DNA of 25,504 nucleotides from a virus (taxonomy: Duplodnaviria; Caudoviricetes). Both the position numbers and the translations under genes were made by a program. The DNA is taken from the IMG/VR virus record IMGVR_UViG_3300020413_000071, positions 1 through 25,504 of that record. One strand, given 5' to 3'. Positions 1 through 6,257 of the stretch are shown here, piece by piece (within the stretch, counting starts at the first letter, position 1; each line of letters opens with the position of its first letter). The notes below the pieces were generated by a model. That model was not told the origin of the DNA. It searched no databases and saw only the letters and a program-made list of their open reading frames with translations.

Positions 1-2
1 CA

Positions 3-107
3 AGATACGGTTATGTAGAGTTAACAAACACTGCATCATCACTTGGTAACGCGGCTGACTACGTTGGATTAGTAGCGATCACATCAGGAAACTTAAAATT
101 CAAGTAA
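3..107 (+). CDS. gp23: Major capsid protein, C-terminal end (partial, begins before the window)
   Basis: Frame 3 reads RYGYVELTNTASSLGNAADYVGLVAITSGNLKFK*, stop TAA at 105-107. The (T)RYG motif near the C-terminus is typical of T4 gp23-family capsid proteins, and a strong terminator follows. Not in the ORF track because it is truncated. Confidence 0.8.
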   Translation, partial: RYGYVELTNTASSLGNAADYVGLVAITSGNLKFK

Positions 108-131
108 GCCAAGGCTTATACAATTTCAAAG

Positions 132-158
132 AAAGGCGGCTTTATGTCGCCTTTTTTT
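132..158 (+). terminator. Rho-independent terminator after the capsid gene
   Basis: Stem AAAGGCGGC / GTCGCCTTT with loop TTTAT, followed by a T-run. Confidence 0.85.
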
Positions 159-179
159 GTGGCTGTGATATCTGAAATT

Positions 180-185
180 TAAATA
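180..185 (+). promoter_or_regulatory. T4-type late promoter core (TAAATA)
   Basis: TAAATA 4 nt before ATG 190, no SD. Confidence 0.55.
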
Positions 186-189
186 CATC

Positions 190-765
190 ATGCATTATTG
201 CTTCCATCACATTCCTAAAACAGGTGGAAGCTCATTAAGGATAAGGCTTGAGGACCGTGCCGACAAGAAACAGATTAGCAAACTGGATTATGCAGTAGGA
301 CATAATACGACCATGAGAACACCAGGCACACATTTTGTTTGGTTGCGTCATCCGTTACACAGAGACATATCACAGTTCAACTATGACAACGGAAAAGGTG
401 AGGCAGAAGCCAAAACATTCGATGAACATTGTAGAAGATTAGCAGGAAATTTCATGACACTTTGGCTATACAAAAATTATCTGCTGTGTGATCCTAACGA
501 TGACATAGAAAGGAAATACGAAGCAGTACGTCATGCACTACAAACAAAATTCAAAAAAGTTTTTTGCATTGAAAATTTTGAACAAAGTTGGAACACTGTG
601 GCAGACATCCTTAATTTAGACAGAGAACCTAGGTTGAACACAAACAGAAGCAACGAGGACTATAAAAAATATGCTGACAAAAATAATCTGAGTAAAGAAT
701 TTATCGCATGGCATAAAAATTATAATCACTATGATTTTCAATTGTATCAAGAGTTTAGTGCATAG
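190..765 (+). CDS. Sulfotransferase-family protein (PAPS-dependent, Sulfotransfer_2-like)
   Basis: N-terminal FHHIPKTGGSSL matches the 5'-PSB loop (HIPKTGGTS), and WLRHP matches the 3'-PB (LRxP) motif. C-terminal N.YD..LY pattern is typical of this family. Confidence 0.7.
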   Translation: MHYCFHHIPKTGGSSLRIRLEDRADKKQISKLDYAVGHNTTMRTPGTHFVWLRHPLHRDISQFNYDNGKGEAEAKTFDEHCRRLAGNFMTLWLYKNYLLCDPNDDIERKYEAVRHALQTKFKKVFCIENFEQSWNTVADILNLDREPRLNTNRSNEDYKKYADKNNLSKEFIAWHKNYNHYDFQLYQEFSA

Positions 766-836
766 ATTTAAATTTTTTTTCCGGTCCATACCATTCGCAG
801 ACCAAATGTAGTAGTTTTATCAGTGTGCAACACTTC

Positions 837-842
837 TAAATA
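837..842 (+). promoter_or_regulatory. Late promoter core (TAAATA) for the small membrane protein gene
   Basis: TAAATA followed by an 8-bp hairpin (847-866) and a strong SD (AAGGGAGGT) before ATG 888. Confidence 0.5.
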
Positions 843-887
843 ATTCGAAGGTTCATCAGAATCTTTTAACATCAAGGGAGGTCCAAC

Positions 888-1121
888 ATGGATTATCTTA
901 ACAAAGTAAAAGGATGGGCAAAAGGAATTGCTGACGTAGGAGTAAGTTTCGTAGCGTTAGGAATTGTTTTAGAAATCCTTTTCAATGGTCAAGGTATTCC
1001 GTTCTGGCCAAATGTTTCTGTAATAGGAAACGTCCAGGGCGTACTGCAAGGCTTTTCAGATCAAGGATTGATCGGATTAGTAGCAGTTTGGATTTTATAT
1101 CATATCTACAACAGAAAATAA
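888..1121 (+). CDS. Small membrane protein (77 aa, two hydrophobic segments), function unknown
   Basis: Strong SD GGGAGG. Hydrophobic stretches VGVSFVALGIVLEILF and GLIGLVAVWILYHIY, basic C-terminus, and its own terminator. Confidence 0.8.
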   Translation: MDYLNKVKGWAKGIADVGVSFVALGIVLEILFNGQGIPFWPNVSVIGNVQGVLQGFSDQGLIGLVAVWILYHIYNRK

Positions 1122-1149
1122 TATAAAAATCTAGAAATACGATAACCTC

Positions 1150-1194
1150 ATGAGTGGTGTGACTACCTAAAAAATTTTCACACCACTCATTTTT
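1150..1194 (+). terminator. Terminator-like hairpin
   Basis: Perfect 13-bp inverted repeat ATGAGTGGTGTGA (1150-1162) / TCACACCACTCAT (1178-1190), followed by TTTT. Confidence 0.75.
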
Positions 1195-1223
1195 ATTAGC
1201 AGTTTATCTCTTAAAAAATTTAA

Positions 1224-1229
1224 TAAATA
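1224..1229 (+). promoter_or_regulatory. Late promoter core (TAAATA)
   Basis: AATAAATA, 5 nt before the structured leader that starts at 1235. Confidence 0.65.
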
Positions 1230-1234
1230 CACAT

Positions 1235-1323
1235 AGTTCAAACGTGCTTTGACACAAAGTCAAAGACTTATGCGGATAACCACCGCGTAGCCAGGAGAAC
1301 TGGCATTGGACTCCTAAAAGGAG
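1235..1323 (+). ncRNA. Putative structured cis-regulatory RNA leader (four-way junction plus SD-sequestering hairpin)
   Basis: Closing stem AGTTCAA(1235-41)/TTGGACT(1306-12). Hairpins CTTTGAC/GTCAAAG (1247-65), TATGCGG/CCGCGTA (1269-89) and GCCAG/CTGGC (1290-1304). CTCCT(1311-15) is complementary to SD AGGAG(1319-23). Confidence 0.6.
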
Positions 1324-1330
1324 AAAAAAA

Positions 1331-1765
1331 ATGGGAAGACCTATAAGAAAAGACAGAATGGTTAGCGGATCAAGTGACTTCGGCGCAGACAACGAAGGAA
1401 AGATCGGTGTAACGGCTTACAGAACGTTTGGTGGATCAAAAGTTGATTCTGCTACAGCGTACATTGTAGCACAGAGATCATCTAAGAATTTTAAACTTCA
1501 CTTAGACGATTCAACTGAGGTTGTAATGAATCTTAAAGCAGTTGCTCCAGGCTCTCTTGCCAACGACTCTAGTACTGGACTCGGTGAGTTCATGGTACAA
1601 GGTATCTTAGACGACTCAACTGTAGTTTACATCAGTAAGTTCCACAACAACACTGTACAATACGTTACAGCGGGTGGTGCCACTGGTAGTGGACCATATG
1701 TGAGAAATGCTGAAGGTACTGACGAAGGCCAAGTATCTGGTAAAGTTAACATCAACGTCTTGTAA
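1331..1765 (+). CDS. Hypothetical protein, probably virion structural (144 aa)
   Basis: SD AGGAG, late-promoter context, own terminator, G/S/T-rich beta-type composition. LDDSTxV occurs twice internally. Confidence 0.75.
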   Translation: MGRPIRKDRMVSGSSDFGADNEGKIGVTAYRTFGGSKVDSATAYIVAQRSSKNFKLHLDDSTEVVMNLKAVAPGSLANDSSTGLGEFMVQGILDDSTVVYISKFHNNTVQYVTAGGATGSGPYVRNAEGTDEGQVSGKVNINVL

Positions 1766-1785
1766 TCATACAAACACGTGCATTT

Positions 1786-1813
1786 TGGGGGAGTTACACG
1801 CTCCCCCATTTTT
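1786..1813 (+). terminator. Rho-independent terminator
   Basis: Stem TGGGGGAG / CTCCCCCA followed by TTTTT. Confidence 0.8.
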
Positions 1814-1816
1814 CTA

Positions 1817-1824
1817 TATAAATA
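1817..1824 (+). promoter_or_regulatory. T4 late promoter consensus TATAAATA
   Basis: Exact match to the T4 gp55-dependent late promoter, 7 nt before ATG 1832. Confidence 0.8.
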
Positions 1825-1831
1825 ATAGCAA

Positions 1832-2080
1832 ATGGCAAAAACAGTTAGAACATCGGGTGCATATACATTAGAACCATCTACTGAAGTGGTAACACTCAAG
1901 AACGGTTTACAATTCACTCCTGTAGCATTTGCAAATTTACCATCAAGTCCTGCAAACGGAATGGTTGCATTTTTAACAACCGATGGTGCTGGAGCCACAA
2001 AAAATAAACTTTGTTATTACGAAACAACTAACAACAGATGGAGTTACGTGGTTGATGACAGTGCTGTTGCAACGTCATAG
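1832..2080 (+). CDS. Small hypothetical structural protein (82 aa)
   Basis: Late promoter directly upstream. The LPSSPANGMVAF...YY...W pattern resembles small beta modules in phage fibre proteins. Confidence 0.7.
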   Translation: MAKTVRTSGAYTLEPSTEVVTLKNGLQFTPVAFANLPSSPANGMVAFLTTDGAGATKNKLCYYETTNNRWSYVVDDSAVATS

Positions 2081-2088
2081 GATGGCAT

Positions 2089-2532
2089 ATGAGATACAAA
2101 GAGATTGACATCAACATTAAAGCAATACCAGACAAAGAAGACGAAGCTCTACTGAATCAATTGATGGGAGCCAAGGGTGTTTCTGTATCTGATGCAGGCG
2201 AAAAATCAGAACAACCGGCCACAGATAATAGCGACAATCCAGGCAAAGTTGAGACAGATGATCCAACAACAGTGGCGTCAGTGTATCCATTGCAACAAGA
2301 ATTAGAATTAAAGAAAAAAGAAGCTGGAAAAGATCTTGCACAGTTTGATCATATCAATCAAGACGCAGACGAGTCTGAGACAGATCAAGAGGCAAGACAG
2401 GATCCACCTCTTGTTACACAACCAGAAGTGACAGGTGACAATCCAGGAGTGCCGGCTGAAATGAAGAACAAAGAAGCCAAGACTGAAAGCGAATTTATCC
2501 AAAGACTCAAAAAACTATCTGGCCAAATATAA
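2089..2532 (+). CDS. Acidic, low-complexity protein, candidate internal head protein
   Basis: D/E/Q/P-rich and likely disordered. C-terminal RLKKLSG motif is shared with the acidic proteins at 20890 and 23386. Confidence 0.65.
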   Translation: MRYKEIDINIKAIPDKEDEALLNQLMGAKGVSVSDAGEKSEQPATDNSDNPGKVETDDPTTVASVYPLQQELELKKKEAGKDLAQFDHINQDADESETDQEARQDPPLVTQPEVTGDNPGVPAEMKNKEAKTESEFIQRLKKLSGQI

Positions 2533-2541
2533 GGAGCGTAC

Positions 2542-3540
2542 ATGGCATTTAGGAAACTAGTAGGATCTTATAAAGATTACGATTTAGCCACACACATCAT
2601 TGAAGATGGCTACCTTGCAGTAGACGTAGACACAGGCAGTTTAAGAATAGGTGATGGAGCCACTCCAGGAGGCACAGAAGTATCAGCAGGCGGAGGATCA
2701 TCCAGTAGCCTTGGAGATCTCAGTGCTGTGGGATCTACGCTGAGTGCCCCATCCAATGCTGATCTTACAATACAGACATCAGGAACAGGAGTTGTGGTTG
2801 TTAATGATACTTTCAAGATAGGTTCTGGTACAGGTGTAACGACTATTCTGGACGAAGACAACATGTCAAGCAATAGTGCCACTGCCTTGGCCACACAACA
2901 GTCAATCAAGGCATATGTAGACAACGAAGTGGCTAACGTATCAATAGGTGACCTATCATTTGTTGGGTCTACCATATCGGCGCCAAGCAGTGCTGATCTC
3001 ACTTTAACATCAAGCGGCGGGAATGTCGTAATAGAAGGAATAAGGGTCGCAGGAACAACAATATCAACAGAAGATTCAAGTGCAGGAGTACAAATATCAG
3101 GTAACCTTATTCCAAGTCAAAATGGCGTGTTTCAATTAGGTAGTTCCACACGTAGATGGCAGACTGCTTTTTTATCTGCAGAAACTTTAGATATAGGTGG
3201 AGCAACTATCTCTTCGGATGGCACAGGCACAATTGAAATTGCGGCAACTGGTGCAACTCTGCCTGTAGGAAGTAAAGTATCTGCCAACCCAATATCGATC
3301 CTGGGTGCAACTGGTAAAACTGCGGCAAGGCCTATACAGAATGTTAAAGTCTTCGTAAGCGATGGTAGTACTTCATTCACTGATGCACAACTTTTAGCCA
3401 AAGATGGCGATCTTAACCTTGAATTCAATGCAACAGTTGAAACGATACCTGTTTACACAGAGGCCGGACAGAGTTTTACACTTTCAAACGGATCAGCATT
3501 AAGTACTCAGGTCACTGATGTGACCCTATTCCAATTTTAA
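2542..3540 (+). CDS. Tail fibre/appendage-like structural protein (332 aa)
   Basis: SD AAGGAG. N-terminal LAVDVDTGSLRIGDGATPGG resembles the Mtd-N/fibre N-terminal module. S/T/G-rich and shares repeats with the next gene. Confidence 0.7.
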   Translation: MAFRKLVGSYKDYDLATHIIEDGYLAVDVDTGSLRIGDGATPGGTEVSAGGGSSSSLGDLSAVGSTLSAPSNADLTIQTSGTGVVVVNDTFKIGSGTGVTTILDEDNMSSNSATALATQQSIKAYVDNEVANVSIGDLSFVGSTISAPSSADLTLTSSGGNVVIEGIRVAGTTISTEDSSAGVQISGNLIPSQNGVFQLGSSTRRWQTAFLSAETLDIGGATISSDGTGTIEIAATGATLPVGSKVSANPISILGATGKTAARPIQNVKVFVSDGSTSFTDAQLLAKDGDLNLEFNATVETIPVYTEAGQSFTLSNGSALSTQVTDVTLFQF

Positions 3541-4362
3541 AAAACCACAATAAATACACTTGTTGACAGGATATCCATCCGGTGAGGGCAAGAAGGCCGG
3601 GGACAGTACGAGAACATTATGGCAGATAAAACACCGGTACGAGTAGTCTTTAACAGTTCAAATGTGGCCACTGGAATGGCGGAGTTCCAGACAGGTGAAA
3701 CTGTGCCCGTGGCAAATGGCGGTACAGGACTTGCATCTCTTGGATCGGCAGGACAAGTTCTCAGGACTAACGCGGCAGGAAATGCCCTAGAATTTGCAAC
3801 GCTTGAAGATCTAGCAGACATTATATCAGTAGGTTCAACATTAACAGCACCGTCGAATGCTGATTTTAATATAACCACAGCCGGCACCGGGAACATAGTG
3901 CTAAATGATTTAAGCATCAGCGATAATACTCTCTCTACAAACAGATCCAACGATGATCTAAACATCAACGCCAGTGGTACAGGAACAGTCATCCTCGAGA
4001 ACCTTAAAATAGGCACCAGTGGATCGACCGTAACAACAATATTGGACGAAGACAACATGTCCACTAACAGTGCTACAGCACTTGCAACCCAACAGTCAAT
4101 AAAAGCCTACGTAGATTCAGAAGTTGGTGCAGTAAGCACAACAGCTATAAGTCAACTCAACAGTAACGTCACAGTGGCAGACGCAGGATCAGGCACAATT
4201 ACAGTCACCGTGGATGGATCTACTATTGGAACTTTTAACGCATCAGGTTTACAGTTAGGAGGCTCGGGTGCAAGAGTAACAACTGTCTTAGACGAAGACG
4301 GATTTGGCACTAACAGTGATACTGCATTAGCAACACAGCAGAGTATCAAAGCATATGTTGAT
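2836..4362 (+). repeat. Three dispersed copies of a 29-aa motif VTT(I/V)LDEDxxxxNSxTALATQQSIKAYVD across two adjacent genes
   Basis: Copies at 2836-2922, 4030-4116 and 4276-4362, near-identical in protein and diverged at synonymous sites. Confidence 0.9.
3551..3556 (+). promoter_or_regulatory. Late promoter core (TAAATA)
   Basis: AATAAATA in the intergenic gap, followed by a GC-rich ~60-nt leader to ATG 3619. Confidence 0.6.
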
Positions 4363-6198
4363 GCACAAATCACAGCAGAAGATCTTGATGTAACGGCGGA
4401 TGATTCGACTGCGATAGCAATTGACCTAGATTCAGAAGTTTTACACTTTGCCGGCGGAAACGGAATAAGCACATCCGTTAGTGGTAACACAGTGACAACA
4501 GCCATAGACACAGGCACGGTTGTAACTTTAACAGATTCACAGACATTAACAAACAAGGTTCTAACTAATCCAACAATCAATGCATTCAGTGGCACAGGCA
4601 ACGGAAGTATCACAGGCACATTGAGCCTAGTCACAACAACAACAGATGATTCGTTTTTGATCACAACCACTGAAGATTCAAACAGTGCCGCGCCTGTTAT
4701 CACATTCAAAAGAAACAGTTCTAGTCCTGCGGACGCTGACTATCTGGGTAGGATCAAATTCAAAGGCGAAAACGATGCAGATCAGGAAGTGCAGTATGGT
4801 TCAATATCAGGCAAAATCCTAGATGCATCAGATGGCACAGAAGATGGTGCTATAGAATTCAACGTCAAGAAGGCAGGTTCAAATAATATTGCCATGAGGA
4901 TCAATAGTGACGAACTAAAATTGTTAAATGGTACAGGAATTGATGTAGACGGCACTTCAGTTTTAGATGGTGTAACAATCACCGACAACACAATATCAAC
5001 TAACGAATCAAACTCGCCTTTGGAATTAAAAGCAAACGGAACAGGAGCTGTCAAAGTAGTCTCCGGTGGTGTCACGTTTACCCTACCAACCACTGATGGC
5101 AGTGATGGCGATTTCCTTAAAACCGACGGTTCAGGAGCATTAAGTTTTGCTTCAAGCACAACAACAGCATCAGATGATACCAGGGCAGTTGTAAAAAATA
5201 ATAAATCGGTTGGTAGTTCGGCAAGGACTATCGATTACTTCCAGGCCACAAGTGCTGACGCGGCTTTTTACTTTGTCGCACTTAATGATTTGACAAATGA
5301 TCATTCTAGTGCTTCTATATTCACAGTGGCACACAACAACTCAGATGCATTTATTGGTGCACCTAGGGGAGGCGCATCAGGTACTGCCAATACACTTCCA
5401 AGCACAACAGCAGACATTTCAAGTGACCAAGTGAGGGTTAAAGTAACGGCACCAAGTGCAGATTCTAAATTAAGTTATTACAAGATTCCGTTATCCAGAG
5501 CCAACACCTCAGACGCAACATCAGGTGTAACTGTAACCACTTCAAACACAGATGTTGATTCGGCTTCGGAAAGCATAGATACTTTTGCTCATGCATCATT
5601 TAGAGCGGCAAAATACGTAATATTGGTCGACAATGACAGCAAAACGGAAACAGGAGTTGTTGAAGCACTAGTGGTCCACAATGGATCTGACGCATTTATA
5701 ACACAGTATGGTGACGTCAACACTGGCAGTAACCAAAAAATTGTGTTGTCAGCGGCCATAAGTGGAAGCAACGTTGTGGTTTCAGCGGCAGGTAACGAAC
5801 CAAACTTGTCACTAAAGATACATAAAACTTTATTGTCAGACTCAATGACAGCGGTATCAAATAGCAATCAAAAAATCATAGGAGCCACCACTGTCAGTTC
5901 AAGTGCTACAGCATTCGATGATTTTGATTTGGATGATGCCACAGCCGCAGTTTATTATGTTGTTGGCGGGAATTCCAGTGAAGGAGCATTCAGTGTGCAA
6001 GAGGTTTACTGTGCAGGTGCACCAGGCGAAGCTTCTGTCTCACAGGGCCCATTTGTTTCAACCAAAGGCACGACACAGTTGAACTTTACTGCGGCATTCA
6101 AGTCAGATGCTGACAACAGTCTACAATTGAGCGTAGCATCAACCTCAGGTGGATCAACCACTGTAAACGCATACAGAATTAACTGTCTAGCAGAATAA
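3619..6198 (+). CDS. Large tail fibre-like structural protein (859 aa)
   Basis: VPVANGGTG and TLTNKxLTxPxI fibre-type motifs, a GQVLRTN / GDFLKTDGSGALSF pair, and three C-terminal ~114-aa repeats. Confidence 0.75.
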   Translation: MADKTPVRVVFNSSNVATGMAEFQTGETVPVANGGTGLASLGSAGQVLRTNAAGNALEFATLEDLADIISVGSTLTAPSNADFNITTAGTGNIVLNDLSISDNTLSTNRSNDDLNINASGTGTVILENLKIGTSGSTVTTILDEDNMSTNSATALATQQSIKAYVDSEVGAVSTTAISQLNSNVTVADAGSGTITVTVDGSTIGTFNASGLQLGGSGARVTTVLDEDGFGTNSDTALATQQSIKAYVDAQITAEDLDVTADDSTAIAIDLDSEVLHFAGGNGISTSVSGNTVTTAIDTGTVVTLTDSQTLTNKVLTNPTINAFSGTGNGSITGTLSLVTTTTDDSFLITTTEDSNSAAPVITFKRNSSSPADADYLGRIKFKGENDADQEVQYGSISGKILDASDGTEDGAIEFNVKKAGSNNIAMRINSDELKLLNGTGIDVDGTSVLDGVTITDNTISTNESNSPLELKANGTGAVKVVSGGVTFTLPTTDGSDGDFLKTDGSGALSFASSTTTASDDTRAVVKNNKSVGSSARTIDYFQATSADAAFYFVALNDLTNDHSSASIFTVAHNNSDAFIGAPRGGASGTANTLPSTTADISSDQVRVKVTAPSADSKLSYYKIPLSRANTSDATSGVTVTTSNTDVDSASESIDTFAHASFRAAKYVILVDNDSKTETGVVEALVVHNGSDAFITQYGDVNTGSNQKIVLSAAISGSNVVVSAAGNEPNLSLKIHKTLLSDSMTAVSNSNQKIIGATTVSSSATAFDDFDLDDATAAVYYVVGGNSSEGAFSVQEVYCAGAPGEASVSQGPFVSTKGTTQLNFTAAFKSDADNSLQLSVASTSGGSTTVNAYRINCLAE
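5230..6195 (+). repeat. Three tandem ~114-aa domain repeats at the C-terminus of the 859-aa protein
   Basis: IDYFQATSADAAFYFV (5230), IDTFAHASFRAAKYVI (5575) and FDDFDLDDATAAVYYV (5914), spaced 345 and 339 nt apart. HNxSDAFI recurs in copies 1 and 2. Confidence 0.7.
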
Positions 6199-6213
6199 TA
6201 ACCAAAAACAGCA

Positions 6214-6219
6214 TAAATA
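6214..6219 (+). promoter_or_regulatory. Late promoter core (TAAATA)
   Basis: CATAAATA upstream of SD GGGAG and ATG 6258. Confidence 0.6.
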
Positions 6220-6257
6220 CAGCACAATAATAACAATCATGCGGGAGATATGGAACC

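Noticed and set aside
1235-1312. Possible tRNA gene (cloverleaf of tRNA size)
   Set aside because: No TTC T-loop, no D-loop GG, first arm is 7 bp, and no CCA end. Kept as a structured leader instead.
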